From contig OZ244065.1 of assembly GCA_965215505.1 (NCBI GenBank), forward strand, positions 2,656,001-2,720,000: a stretch of DNA of 64,000 nt, given 5' to 3'. A program made the translations under genes and the position numbers. This DNA comes from Capsulimonadaceae bacterium (lineage in GTDB: Bacteria; Armatimonadota; Armatimonadia; Armatimonadales; Capsulimonadaceae). Position 1 is the first letter of the stretch. Each line of letters begins with the position of its first letter. This document shows, one piece after another, positions 28,918 to 39,017 of the stretch. Below the pieces are notes generated by a model, which was given only the letters and a program-made list of their open reading frames with translations, ran no database searches and was not told where the DNA came from.

Positions 28918-30243
28918 ATGCACCTCTGTTTCCCGGCCCGCCTGCGGGCCTCCGTCTTCTGCCTCCTGCTGCTCCTGGCCGCCCTGCCCGCCTTCGCCTT
29001 TGACGAGGACCATCACGAAACCATCAACGGCGCGATGCTCCACTTCCGTGTTCGGGGCACGGACAAGGCCCACCCGTACCTCGTCATCCTGCACGGCGGG
29101 CCGGGCTTCTCCGCCCACATGTTCTATCCCTGGGGGGCGAGCCTGGAGAAGACCCTCAACGTGGTCTACCTGGACCAGCGCGGCAGCGGCGAGTCGGCCC
29201 GGCTCTCGGTGGCGAACGTCATGGCCCCCACGCCCGCCGAGGTCAAGGGGTACACGGTCGCCAACCTCGCGGCCGACATCGAAGGCGTCCGGCAGTCGTT
29301 GAAGGTGGACAAGTGGTACGTCCTGGGCCACTCCTGGGGCGGGATGCTGGGGCTGGAATATGTGACCGCGCACCCCGGCCACGTTATCGGCTACATCCAC
29401 ATGGACGGCCTGGTTTCGGTCCCGCAGATGCAGGACGCCATGCTGGACAATGCCGCCAAGAAGTTCGCGGCGGCAAAGCCGAAAGATGACGCCGGTCTGG
29501 CCCAGGTGAAGCAGCTCCGCGCCCTGCCCACGGACAACCCTATCCGCCTGTTCGGCGCGCTCGGGCTGGCAATGGGTCCCGCCGGTCTGTACTTCGCGGG
29601 CGACCAGGCGGCCGGGTTTGCCGCCGGGTTTGGACAGATCGGCGCGGCCGTCGCGTCCTACCACCTGTCTCCCGCCGCCCTCGCGCTCGCCTCGGAGCCT
29701 GGCGCGGCTTTGATCGTCAACGACCACTATCTGACCCGCGACGACACGCCGCTGCTGGCGAAGGTGACGGTGCCGACGCTGATCATCAACGGCAAGCAGG
29801 ACGGCGTCATCCCCCCGTCAGCGGCGGAGGCGGCGCATACGGCGATCAAAGGCTCGCAGCTCGTGGAGCTAGACGACTGCGGCCACTTCCCGTTCTTCGA
29901 GCAGCCAGTTACGACGACAGCCCTAGTGCTGACGTTCGTGACGCTGAAAGCGCCGGACAGGCCTGGACACACGGTGACGACGCCGACACTATCAGTCGGA
30001 AGTTTTAATGACATTTCAATGCTGGGCGATATCGACACGAGAACGCTCAACGGAAAACCGACCGTCGTGAACTGGACCGTGACTGACCAGGGGAAGCCTG
30101 TCAACATCGCTATCGCTTCCTCATGCGGCAACAAGGGCTTAGATCAGGTATTTGCCCGGACCATTCAAGGGATGCGCTTCAAACCGGGCACCATAGATGG
30201 GCAACCGGTTCCGGCCTGCGTGACGCACACATACCAGCTCTAG
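28918..30243 (+). CDS. Secreted alpha/beta hydrolase (peptidase S33-like) with a C-terminal TonB_C-like domain
   Basis: Signal peptide; LHGGPG, DQRGSG, GHSWGG, CGHFPF; tail VVNWTVTDQGK..IASSCGNKGLDQ..MRFKPGTIDGQPV. Confidence 0.82.
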   Translation: MHLCFPARLRASVFCLLLLLAALPAFAFDEDHHETINGAMLHFRVRGTDKAHPYLVILHGGPGFSAHMFYPWGASLEKTLNVVYLDQRGSGESARLSVANVMAPTPAEVKGYTVANLAADIEGVRQSLKVDKWYVLGHSWGGMLGLEYVTAHPGHVIGYIHMDGLVSVPQMQDAMLDNAAKKFAAAKPKDDAGLAQVKQLRALPTDNPIRLFGALGLAMGPAGLYFAGDQAAGFAAGFGQIGAAVASYHLSPAALALASEPGAALIVNDHYLTRDDTPLLAKVTVPTLIINGKQDGVIPPSAAEAAHTAIKGSQLVELDDCGHFPFFEQPVTTTALVLTFVTLKAPDRPGHTVTTPTLSVGSFNDISMLGDIDTRTLNGKPTVVNWTVTDQGKPVNIAIASSCGNKGLDQVFARTIQGMRFKPGTIDGQPVPACVTHTYQL

Positions 30244-30354
30244 CCATAAAACCCCGATCAACAGAACGCTGGGCCAGAATCTTGGGCAAAATCTTGACAA
30301 AACACCCGCACTAGACGTATAGTAACGGGGAGAAGAGTCTCGGAGGGTTTGATC

Positions 30355-31179
30355 GTGGCACGCAGCAACTCCAATGGAACACTGAAATTCGTCGGCCTGG
30401 GCGCGGTCGCCATCGTCGGCGGCGTCGCCATCGGCCTGCTCGTCGGCGGCGTGCGCGCCTCGCACTCGACGGAACAGGTCGTCGAGCAGCCCGCCCCCGC
30501 CGTCTCCGCCCCGGTGACGCCGTCCGCCGCGCCGCCCGTCGTGCGCCCGCACATCAACGGCGACTACACCGCGCCCGACGCCCCCCGCATCACCATCCGT
30601 GAGGAGAGCGCCCCCACCCTGCGGCGGGCGGACCGGATCGTCCCCGCCCCGCCCACCGACACCGAGGCCAGCCAGGAGGCCCCGCCCCCGGTCAAGTCCA
30701 AGCCGGCTAAGGAGCCGTCGGACGCCGCGCCCGCCGACACTTCCGCCCCGAGCGACACGGCCCCGACGCCGCCCGCCCCGGCCCCCGACGCCACCGCGCC
30801 GGGCGATGACAGCAAGCCGCCCGCCCCGCCGCCCGCGCCCGCCGATCCCGACTTTGAACGCGTCGGCAAGCCCGCCGACCCCGGAGCCGGGCAGGAGGGC
30901 GGCAAGGGCCAGTCTGGGCAGGAAACCGGCAAGGCCCAGTACCGGGTCCAGACCGGCTCCTACACCGACGAGAGCAACGCCCGCAGCATCGCCGACCAGC
31001 TCCGGGGCCAGGGCTACACCGCCAGCACCCGTAGCGAGCGTGACGGCGACCACCTCGTCTACAAGGTGCAGGCCGGCGCGTACCGCTCCAAGAGCGGCGC
31101 GAGCAAGGCCGCCGGGGACCTCCAGAAGCTCGGCTTCCCCGCCTACGTCGCGCCCATCACACCCAGGGCCACGCCCTGA
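30355..31179 (+). CDS. SPOR domain protein (TM helix, Pro-rich linker)
   Basis: YRVQTGSYTDESNA..LRGQGY..YKVQAGAY; TTGACA and TATAGT promoter boxes upstream. Confidence 0.9.
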   Translation: MARSNSNGTLKFVGLGAVAIVGGVAIGLLVGGVRASHSTEQVVEQPAPAVSAPVTPSAAPPVVRPHINGDYTAPDAPRITIREESAPTLRRADRIVPAPPTDTEASQEAPPPVKSKPAKEPSDAAPADTSAPSDTAPTPPAPAPDATAPGDDSKPPAPPPAPADPDFERVGKPADPGAGQEGGKGQSGQETGKAQYRVQTGSYTDESNARSIADQLRGQGYTASTRSERDGDHLVYKVQAGAYRSKSGASKAAGDLQKLGFPAYVAPITPRATP

Positions 31180-31186
31180 CCAGGCT

Positions 31187-31609
31187 TTAGTAGATCTCCC
31201 AGCACCCCGGCGTGATCAGCTCGATCAGGTGGCCGTCGGGGTCGCGGAAGTACAGGCTGTCCCCCTGCGGGCTGTCGTCCCCGCAGTGGACCAGACTTTC
31301 CAGCGCCACGCCTTTCTCCTCCAATGACTGCTTCCACGGCTCGACCTCATCCGGCGAGATCGCGAACGCGAGGTGCAGCGTGCCGCGTCCGTCGTGGGCG
31401 GGGATGAGGCCGCCGTGCATCGGCGAGGGCTGGGCCGAGCCGCCGACCTTGAACAGCAGCAGGACCTGTTTGTCGGCGACGCTGTAGGCCCGCATACGCT
31501 CCTCGGCCATGAGCAGGTGGAAGTCGAAGACTTCTTCGTAAAACCGCCCCGCGCGTTCCAGGTCCTCCACATAAAGCGATGTCTCGACGACGCCGTTGAC
31601 TGCCGGCAT
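31187..31609 (-). CDS. VOC/glyoxalase family protein
   Basis: ETSLYVEDLERAGRFY, HLAFAI, SLYFRDPDGHLIEL. Confidence 0.92.
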   Translation of the reverse strand: MPAVNGVVETSLYVEDLERAGRFYEEVFDFHLLMAEERMRAYSVADKQVLLLFKVGGSAQPSPMHGGLIPAHDGRGTLHLAFAISPDEVEPWKQSLEEKGVALESLVHCGDDSPQGDSLYFRDPDGHLIELITPGCWEIY

Positions 31610-31698
31610 AATGCCCTCCCTATTCTTCCCCGTTGACTGGCGGCCTTGTTCGCCGCCCCCGCCGTCTACTCCTGCCTTCATAGTCGAAAGGAAGCCAA

Positions 31699-33033
31699 AT
31701 GAAAAATCTACTCGCGCCGGGAGGCTGGCGCTTCGCCAGCGCGGCGGGCGAGGCCGCCCAGGGGCGCGTCGCCGAGGAAGACGACGGCCCCGCCCTGGTC
31801 ATCGAACACGCCGAATACGCCGAGGGCAGCCGGTGGGAGCAGGACATCACGGGCCTGCCTGCGGGGACACTGCTGACCTTCATCGGCCATGCCCGGACAT
31901 GGGGGGAGTGCCTCCGGAGCATCGGGGACAGCCGGTATGTGTCCGGGGTCCGGCTCACCCTGGAGGCCGTGACCGGCAACGGCCGCCTTGAATCGGTGGA
32001 AACGGTCTTCCCGTTCCCGCCGCTCAACCCGGACGGGACGGTGCAGGAGGAGATGGCCTCGGCGAGCGAGCTGGAAATGATCGTCCCGGACGGGGCCGAC
32101 GCCGTCCGCGTGGGCGTCGAGCTATCCGGGAAGGGCACGGCCTCCTTCTTCGGCCTGACCCTGGCCGGGAAAGCGATGGACAGGGGCCGCCTGAACGACC
32201 GCCTGGTGGACCGGATGAAGGCGGCGGGCGACGTGTACTCGCCCGCCGTGGAACGCGCCTTCCGAGCCACGCCCCGCCACTTCTTCCTGCCGGGCCAGAA
32301 TTGGGGAACCGCCTACCGGGACGACGCCATCGTCACGCACCACGCGGACAGGTCGGAGGAGGCCATTTCGTCGTCGAGCCAACCGACCATGATGGCGGTC
32401 ATGCTGGAGCAGCTTGAAGTCGAGCCGGGGATGCGCGTCCTGGAGATCGGGGCGGGGACCGGCTACAACTCGGCCCTGCTCGCCCACCTAACCGGCGACC
32501 CCGCTCTGGTCTGGACCGTGGACGTGACCAAGGAGTTCTGCGCCGAGGCCGGCGCCCACCTGCAAGCGGCCAGCATCGAGGGCGTCCACGTTGTCTGCGC
32601 GGACGGCTGGGGCGGGTGGCCGCAGGCCGCCCCTTACGACCGCATCATCGTCACCGCGAACGCCTACGACATCGCGCCCGCGTGGATGAATCAGCTCGCG
32701 GACGGCGGGCGGCTCGTCGTCCCGTGGGGAGCGCCCAACGTCGAGCAGCGCTGCCTGGCCTTCCGCCGGGACGGCGAGCGCCTGGTCATGGACGGCCTGC
32801 ACGTCTGTAGCTTCATGCGGATGCGCGGCGCGTCGGAGTGGACGCCCGCGCAGGATGCCGGAGGGTGGGACCGGAACGACTGGCTCTTTCCCGGCCAGCC
32901 TCCGGGGGAGCCGACAAGCCTCATCGCCTACCCGTCCGGGACAGCGCCCGCGCCGGGTGAGGGCGAGTTTATCACCCAGCGTCGCTGGTTCGATTACGTC
33001 GCCTCTTGGGGCGGACCAAGCCGAACGGATTAG
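31699..33033 (+). CDS. Protein-L-isoaspartate O-methyltransferase-like protein with an extra N-terminal domain
   Basis: AFRATPRHFF, SSSSQP, VLEIGAGTGYNSALL, APYDRIIVT, QLADGGRLVVP. Confidence 0.85.
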   Translation: MKNLLAPGGWRFASAAGEAAQGRVAEEDDGPALVIEHAEYAEGSRWEQDITGLPAGTLLTFIGHARTWGECLRSIGDSRYVSGVRLTLEAVTGNGRLESVETVFPFPPLNPDGTVQEEMASASELEMIVPDGADAVRVGVELSGKGTASFFGLTLAGKAMDRGRLNDRLVDRMKAAGDVYSPAVERAFRATPRHFFLPGQNWGTAYRDDAIVTHHADRSEEAISSSSQPTMMAVMLEQLEVEPGMRVLEIGAGTGYNSALLAHLTGDPALVWTVDVTKEFCAEAGAHLQAASIEGVHVVCADGWGGWPQAAPYDRIIVTANAYDIAPAWMNQLADGGRLVVPWGAPNVEQRCLAFRRDGERLVMDGLHVCSFMRMRGASEWTPAQDAGGWDRNDWLFPGQPPGEPTSLIAYPSGTAPAPGEGEFITQRRWFDYVASWGGPSRTD

Positions 33034-33097
33034 CCGCCCCGCTTTCTTGGAAGAACCGGTCCGAGGTTCCCACAGCCCCTTAGAATAGACAACCCTT

Positions 33098-34504
33098 ATG
33101 CATCTCGTCTGGCACCGCAGCGAACTCCGCACCCACGACCACCCCGCTCTGCATAGCGCCGCGCTCATGGCGCACGAGTCTGGCGCGAAGGTCCTGCCAC
33201 TCGTCATCTTAGACCCCAAGATATTCGGGCGCAGCGACCTCACGCCGCGCCGTCAGGCCTGGTTTCTGGAGAACACGCGCGCCCTGCGCGACAGTTACCG
33301 CCGCCTCGGCTCCGACCTAGTGGTGCGGCGCGGCGAGCCGGCGCAGGTGCTGGACGAGTTGGCGCGCGGCCTGCAAGGGACCGGACACGCCCTGACGCAC
33401 GCGCACTTCATCCGCACCTACACCCCCTACGCCAAGCAGCGCGATGAGGCCGCCGCCGAAGCCTTGCGCGCACGCGGCATCGAGGTCTGCTCCTACGGCG
33501 GCCAGTACACGCAGGAACCCGGCACGGTCCTCACCGACGAGGGCGGGCGCTACGGCGTCTTCGGGGCCTACCGCAAGAAGTGGAAAACGCTGGAATTGCC
33601 GCCGGTCATTGAGGCCCCCGACGCGCTGCCCGCGCTGCCAGCTGGCCTGGACCTCGGCGACATCCCGCACGTCAGCTCCGATATTACTCTGCCGCCGGCT
33701 GGGGAAGTCGCCGCGCGCGAGCGCCTGGACTGGTTCATCGGGAACGCCGAGGCAGACTACCAGAAGACGCGCAACGAGCCGAGCCGCGAGGATGCGACTT
33801 CCAAACTCAGCTACTACTTCAACATCGGCGCGCTCTCGCCGCGCCTGGCGATGCACCACGCCCGCACCTACAAGTGGAAGTTCGAGCTGACCTGGTGGGA
33901 CTTCTTCGCCGACACTCTGGACCGCCTGCCCGAGAGCGCCGCCCTGGAAGCCAAGAGCGACTGGCGTGGCTTCCCGTGGCGGCGCGACGCCAACCAGCTC
34001 GCGCAATGGGCGCAGGGCCATACCGGCTACCCCTATGTTGACGCGGGGATGCGCGAGCTGCACCAGACCGGCTTCATGCACAACAACGCGCGCATGGTCT
34101 GCGCGAGTTTCCTGACCAAGCACCTGCTCATTGACTGGCGCGACGGTGAGGAGATATTTCGCGGCCTGCTGCTCTGCGGTGACCGCGCCCAGAACGTCGG
34201 CAACTGGCAGTGGATCGCGGGCTGCGGCGTGGACGGCTCGCCGTACTTCCGCATCTACAACCCGGTTTCCCAGGCCGCCCGCCGCGACCCCCAGGGCGTC
34301 TACATCCGGCGCTGGATTCCGGAGCTTGCCGATGTGCCCGACGAATGGATCGGCCGTCCATTTCTGATGGAGACGCCGCCGCCAAATTACGCGCACCCGA
34401 TGATCGGCCTGGACGAAGGCCGCGACCGCTTCAAGCAGACCGCCACCGCCTTCCTGCTTACGGCGCGTGAAGGCAAGGCCGACGGGCCGACGCCGGAAGA
34501 GTGA
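33098..34504 (+). CDS. phrB: Deoxyribodipyrimidine photolyase
   Basis: WHRSELRTHDHPAL, TSKLSYY, GHTGYPYVDAGMREL..TGFMHNNARM, GNWQW, PYFRIYNP. Confidence 0.93.
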   Translation: MHLVWHRSELRTHDHPALHSAALMAHESGAKVLPLVILDPKIFGRSDLTPRRQAWFLENTRALRDSYRRLGSDLVVRRGEPAQVLDELARGLQGTGHALTHAHFIRTYTPYAKQRDEAAAEALRARGIEVCSYGGQYTQEPGTVLTDEGGRYGVFGAYRKKWKTLELPPVIEAPDALPALPAGLDLGDIPHVSSDITLPPAGEVAARERLDWFIGNAEADYQKTRNEPSREDATSKLSYYFNIGALSPRLAMHHARTYKWKFELTWWDFFADTLDRLPESAALEAKSDWRGFPWRRDANQLAQWAQGHTGYPYVDAGMRELHQTGFMHNNARMVCASFLTKHLLIDWRDGEEIFRGLLLCGDRAQNVGNWQWIAGCGVDGSPYFRIYNPVSQAARRDPQGVYIRRWIPELADVPDEWIGRPFLMETPPPNYAHPMIGLDEGRDRFKQTATAFLLTAREGKADGPTPEE

Positions 34505-34530
34505 TCCGGTTACAGCAATGACAGAGCGGT

Positions 34531-35508
34531 TCACCTCCCGGCGAGCTGCCGGCTGTGCTGGGACTGGTAGGCCGCCAAGGTCCCGCGCGTGATCGCGAGT
34601 GTCGGGATGATGAGGCGATTGCTTGCGGGGATGCCGCTCTTATCGCCCCGCGCCAGGGCGGCCAGCATTCGGACGGACTCGTAGCCGAACCGGTAGGGCT
34701 GCTGGGCGATAGTGCCGTAGATCGTGCCGTCCTGGACGGCGTCCAGCGTCTGAGTCTCCTCGTCGAAGGCGACGACGCGCACCTTGCCGGCCAGGCCCTT
34801 CGCCCGCACCGCGTCCGCGATGGCCGGGCCGTTGTAGCTCCACAGGCCGACCAGCCCGGCGATGTGCGGGTACTGCGCCAGCACGTCCGTGACGTTCTGC
34901 CGAGCGCGGGCGTGGTCGGTGTCGTCGGTCCGCACGCCCAATATCGTGACCCGCGACCCGCGCAGGGCGTCCCGGATTCCCTGGGCGCGGTCATGGGCGT
35001 TCTGCGCGTCCGCCTTGCCGACGAACAGCATGATCTGTCCGCCGCGCGGCAAAGCTTTCCTGATTAGCGCACCCGCCATGACGCCCGCCGCGTGGTTGTC
35101 GGTGCCGACGTAGCACAACCGGCGGGAGGCCGCCGCGTCGCTGTCCGCCGTGATCAGGTTCGTCCTGGCGGCGACCCCGTTCAGATACGAAACCTCGTTT
35201 GCCGGGTCCACGGGGCTGACAGCGATACCATCCGTCCCCGCTGCCAGCAGATCGTCCACATCCTGCTTTTGGGTAGCCGCCGTGCCGTCACTGGGCATGA
35301 CAAACTGGACATCCACGTTCCCCAAATCCCGCGCCGCCGCCTCGGTCCCCCTGCGGCAGATTGTCCAGTAGTCGGAGGGATTGTTGGTGACGAAGGCGAG
35401 CCGCGTCTTCGCCGCCGTTTGGGGCTGCGGGTCGGGCGTCTGGGCATGGGCGCTGACGGCAAGGCTGGCAAGGGCCGCGAAAAAGGCGGAGCGGGTGTTG
35501 AGGGTCAT
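34531..35508 (-). CDS. Sugar ABC transporter periplasmic binding protein (RbsB-like), orphan
   Basis: FVTNNPSDYW, GIAVSPVDP, YVGTDN, VGLWSYNGP, VAFDE, QQPYRFGY. Confidence 0.9.
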   Translation of the reverse strand: MTLNTRSAFFAALASLAVSAHAQTPDPQPQTAAKTRLAFVTNNPSDYWTICRRGTEAAARDLGNVDVQFVMPSDGTAATQKQDVDDLLAAGTDGIAVSPVDPANEVSYLNGVAARTNLITADSDAAASRRLCYVGTDNHAAGVMAGALIRKALPRGGQIMLFVGKADAQNAHDRAQGIRDALRGSRVTILGVRTDDTDHARARQNVTDVLAQYPHIAGLVGLWSYNGPAIADAVRAKGLAGKVRVVAFDEETQTLDAVQDGTIYGTIAQQPYRFGYESVRMLAALARGDKSGIPASNRLIIPTLAITRGTLAAYQSQHSRQLAGR

Positions 35509-35558
35509 TAGGATCTCCAGGGAGAGGCGAGCGAGATGAGTGCAGGGTGGAATTAGGA

Positions 35559-35717
35559 CGAGTGATTGGAAATCACTCGCTCCTATCAGACCTGTCCAGG
35601 GGACAGAAGAAGGTAAAAAGAGGGGTTAGGAGGGACAGGCAGGGGGCGGGTGTTCGGCATCAGGTGTTCCCTTGTCCCCTGGACAAATCTGCGTCAGCGA
35701 GTGACTTCAGTCACTCG
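35559..35717. repeat. GAGTGA-type REPIN/MITE-like element, copy 3
   Basis: CGAGTGATTGGAAATCACTCGC ... GCGAGTGACTTCAGTCACTCG. Confidence 0.85.
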
Positions 35718-35734
35718 TTCCAACTCGGGACGCC

Positions 35735-35911
35735 TCAGTTCACCGAGCGCGTCGTGGCGAGGACGAACTCGTACTCCTCATCCTGGAAGCGCGGGTCGCT
35801 GGCGTAGATCGGCTCCCACTCGTCCCTGCCGCGCGTCCCCACAAGAACGGTGAAGCAGGAGCGCAGGCAGGCCATCAGAGACGAGAGCATCGGCAAGTCT
35901 CGGTTGAGCAT
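35735..35911 (-). CDS. Small hypothetical protein (58 aa)
   Basis: Not in the ORF track; TAAGGA RBS; MLNRDLPMLSSLMACLRSCFTVLVGTRGRDEWEPIYASDPRFQDEEYEFVLATTRSVN; GC-ending codons. Confidence 0.6.
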   Translation of the reverse strand: MLNRDLPMLSSLMACLRSCFTVLVGTRGRDEWEPIYASDPRFQDEEYEFVLATTRSVN

Positions 35912-35963
35912 GGTTCCTTATTCCCCAAGTCCGCCCTCGTCATACCCGTCTTTTGTTACATTT

Positions 35964-35998
35964 CGCCGCCGCGCAGGACTCTTCCTGCGCGGCGGCGC
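35964..35998 (-). terminator. Hairpin after the phosphoesterase gene
   Basis: CGCCGCCGCGCAGGA-ctct-TCCTGCGCGGCGGCG. Confidence 0.6.
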
Positions 35999-36004
35999 TT
36001 GTGT

Positions 36005-37666
36005 TCATGGCAATGTCGGCTTCATCCGGGAAAAGTCCAGGGCCGTCCCCGCCAGGATGACGTCGGGCGCGAGCGGCTTCTGCTTGAAATTGAAGCAGTC
36101 CAGCATGTCGTTCGCGCCCGCGTCGCGGGTCGCAAGCGGGGCCAGGCCGTAGCGCTCCTCGATCAGCTTCAGCGGGGACGTAAAATCCAGCCGCGTGTGG
36201 CAGACCGCGCCGGGCTTGGCGTAGGGCGAGATCACCAGGGTCGGGACGCGCGGGCCGTAGCCGTACTGGTCCACGGCGGGCGGCGCGACGTGGTCGTAGA
36301 AGCCGCCGTAGTCGTCCCAGGTGACGATGATCGCCGTGTCCTTCCACGCGCTGCTGCCCATGATGGCGTTCACCAGGTCGGTCACATGGCGCATCCCGCG
36401 CGCCGAGTCGGCCGGCGGGTGTTCGCTGTCCCGCGCGGTCGGGACGATCCAGCAGACTTCCGGCAGCGTCCCCGCCTTCACGTCCGCGTAGAACTGGTCC
36501 AGGCCGACCAGGTGGGCCATCAGGGCCGGACTCTTCTGGAACTGCTTGAAGCCGGGCATCGGGTTCCACAGGCTGTGCTTGTGCGGGTTGGGCTTCTCGT
36601 CGTAGTATTTCCAGCTCACATGCGACTGTTCCAGAAGCTCGGCCATCGTCGGGAACGTGTAGACGCCGTCCTGCCCGGCGAGGTTCGGGGCGGGGTTGTT
36701 GACCAGCCCGCCGGACCGGGCCGCCACCGTGTACAGGTGGTTCGGCTCGCTCGGCCCCGCCACCGACGAAAAGAAGGCGTCGCAGAGGGTGTATTTGCGG
36801 GCGTAGTCCCAGTAGTTCGGGATCTCGTGCCAGTCGTAATACGACAGCGTGTTACGCACCCAATCGGGCGTCGGCCCCCCAGGCGGCTGGGTCAGGTGTT
36901 CGGTGGGGAGCTGCCCCGCCGCGACGGCCTCGCCTTCCGCGCCCCCTGCCCCGCCGGTCCCCTGGGGCGCGACGGTCCGCAGCAGGGCCGCCATCTCGAC
37001 AGGGCCGATCTGCCCGTCCTTGTTGCGGTCGTACTGAGACAGCCAGGCCGTCGCCTGGGCGTCCGCCCCGGCCGCCCCCGCCGCCGCGAGCAGCGCGGGC
37101 GTCCCGGCCACGGCCTTCGCCAGCTCGGGGCCGTTCAGCTTGCCGTCGCCGTCGGCATCGAACTGGCGGATCAGCGCCAGGGCGCGCTGGCGCGGGCGCG
37201 CGCCGCCGGCCCGGCCCGCCTGCACGAGCGCCCCGCTGACCGGCATGATGTCCTCAGGGTCGAGGGTCGGCAGCGTCCCCTTCCAGTAGTAGGCCAATGC
37301 CTGCGGCCACTCGGCCCACAAAAACCCGTCCATTTTGCCGCCGTTCGCGGCGACGTGCGCGGCCTGCCAGCTATGGTTCAGGTCGTGCGGGATGGCGGTC
37401 TTGTTCAGGTGGAACGGCGCTTCGGTCGCCGGCTGCCCCGGCTGGTAGGCGAACTTCACCCCCTTGGGGATGCCGTTCGCGCCGGGGAACGTGCCGAAAT
37501 AGTGGTCGAAGGTGATGTTCTCCTGGATGATGTAGACGAAGTGCTTCAGAGGCATCGGCACCTTCTTCAGCGGCGCGGCCAGGGGCGTCGGGGCGGCGAA
37601 GACGGCGGCAGGCAGCCCTAGATAGAGGATCAGGGCGGGGAGGGCAAGGCGGAGTCGTCGGAGCAT
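36005..37666 (-). CDS. Secreted phosphoesterase (phospholipase C/AcpA family) with an EF-hand insertion
   Basis: [63 protein letters not shown] and [12 protein letters not shown]. Confidence 0.9.
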   Translation of the reverse strand: MLRRLRLALPALILYLGLPAAVFAAPTPLAAPLKKVPMPLKHFVYIIQENITFDHYFGTFPGANGIPKGVKFAYQPGQPATEAPFHLNKTAIPHDLNHSWQAAHVAANGGKMDGFLWAEWPQALAYYWKGTLPTLDPEDIMPVSGALVQAGRAGGARPRQRALALIRQFDADGDGKLNGPELAKAVAGTPALLAAAGAAGADAQATAWLSQYDRNKDGQIGPVEMAALLRTVAPQGTGGAGGAEGEAVAAGQLPTEHLTQPPGGPTPDWVRNTLSYYDWHEIPNYWDYARKYTLCDAFFSSVAGPSEPNHLYTVAARSGGLVNNPAPNLAGQDGVYTFPTMAELLEQSHVSWKYYDEKPNPHKHSLWNPMPGFKQFQKSPALMAHLVGLDQFYADVKAGTLPEVCWIVPTARDSEHPPADSARGMRHVTDLVNAIMGSSAWKDTAIIVTWDDYGGFYDHVAPPAVDQYGYGPRVPTLVISPYAKPGAVCHTRLDFTSPLKLIEERYGLAPLATRDAGANDMLDCFNFKQKPLAPDVILAGTALDFSRMKPTLP

Positions 37667-37745
37667 CGGCGGGTTCCTTTCACCGGTGGGAGGTGCGCGG
37701 GCGCGGCAGGCGGCTGCTTGTCAGACGCCGGATCGGTGCCTTTGT

Positions 37746-38330
37746 TCAGCCGCCTTCCGCGTCGCGCGTTGCGATCCATCCCAGCAAGGCCGTATCTGCG
37801 CCGCCCACCTCCACCACGCGCCCGGCGTGAGTCATCGCACCCAGCCCGTGTTCGACGTCCCAGCGGCAGCGGAACTCGAAACTGACGTAGGCAGTGCCCC
37901 GCTTGGCAACGGTGAGAATGTAGACGCTGAGAAGACTGACCAGTGTTCGTAACTGGTCGCGGCTCTGGAGGTCCGGCATCAACTCCTCGGCTTCCTCATC
38001 CGTGTACCCGTAGGCCTCCTGCTCCTCCGGGTAGCGGTCGAAGACCGTCTGGAGGATGGCGTCCCGGATCTCCCCCTGATGGTCCACCAGATGCAGGTAG
38101 GCGGCGGCCTGTTCCGCTGTGGGGAGTGCGCCCACCCGGTCCGGCGATGCTACCGACAGCGTCACCAGTCCGTCAGAGGGCATGGGGGAGGCGCGCAGCA
38201 GGATTCGCTCATGCCCATCTTGGGAGGCCTCCCAGGCGGGCAGGGTGAGCGGGCTTTTCCAGTCCCCGGAGCCATAAGACTCTTCCCATTCCAGCGGCGG
38301 GAACGGCGGCAGGTCCAGCGTCTTTTCCAT
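37746..38330 (-). CDS. Conserved hypothetical protein (C.WD.EHGLG motif, DUF6985-like)
   Basis: FEFRCRWDVEHGLG. Confidence 0.7.
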   Translation of the reverse strand: MEKTLDLPPFPPLEWEESYGSGDWKSPLTLPAWEASQDGHERILLRASPMPSDGLVTLSVASPDRVGALPTAEQAAAYLHLVDHQGEIRDAILQTVFDRYPEEQEAYGYTDEEAEELMPDLQSRDQLRTLVSLLSVYILTVAKRGTAYVSFEFRCRWDVEHGLGAMTHAGRVVEVGGADTALLGWIATRDAEGG

Positions 38331-38332
38331 GG

Positions 38333-38590
38333 TCAGCAGACCACCTCGAAGGGCTTTACGCTGGCGGCAATCAGTGCGTCGCCCTTGTCGTCTTCGAGCA
38401 GGAGCAGGTGGACGTTGCGCTCCTGGGCCAGCGCCTTCACGGCCTCCAGCCCGCCGCCGCGCTTCTCCACGGAGGTCAGCTTCCGCTGGCTCATGGTGTA
38501 AGAACCGTCGGCGACGCCGTCCAGCCACTCGGCAGCCCATTGTGCCGCCGCTTCCGTCTCAGGGGTTGACTCAGTGTTTGATTTGTTCAT
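38333..38590 (-). CDS. Small hypothetical protein
   Basis: GGAGAGG RBS; in an operon-like run. Confidence 0.7.
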   Translation of the reverse strand: MNKSNTESTPETEAAAQWAAEWLDGVADGSYTMSQRKLTSVEKRGGGLEAVKALAQERNVHLLLLEDDKGDALIAASVKPFEVVC

Positions 38591-38608
38591 GGTTTTCCTC
38601 TCCTGTGA

Positions 38609-38995
38609 TTACTCTACTTTGGTGGCGATCCACCAGGTCGTGCCTCCGGCGTCTTTGACCCCGCCCCGCTTGTCCTCGTCATCTTTTTTCACGGGGCTTT
38701 GGACCGACTCCGCTCCCGCCGCGAGGGCCTGGCGGTAGGTCGCGTCCACGTCCGGGACGTACACATGCACATGGGAGGGGGCCGGGGGCCAGGCCTCCTC
38801 GCGGTCTGCCAGCATCACCACCGTATCGCCGATGCGGACCTCGGCATGGGCGAGTCTGCCGCCGGCACCGGGGAAGCGGCGCAGTTCCGTCGCGCCGAAG
38901 ACGCGCGCAAGGAACTCAATCGTGCCGGCGGCATCGGTAACGATGAGGTAAGGCGAAACCGTGGTATAGTTCTGGGGCTTGTAGGATGAAGTCAT
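38609..38995 (-). CDS. VOC family protein (PhnB-like)
   Basis: TVSPYLIV, HAEVRIGDTVVML, HVYVPDVDATY, GGVKDAGGTTWWIAT. Confidence 0.92.
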   Translation of the reverse strand: MTSSYKPQNYTTVSPYLIVTDAAGTIEFLARVFGATELRRFPGAGGRLAHAEVRIGDTVVMLADREEAWPPAPSHVHVYVPDVDATYRQALAAGAESVQSPVKKDDEDKRGGVKDAGGTTWWIATKVE

Positions 38996-39017
38996 CGTGG
39001 CTCCTCATGCCATGCGC

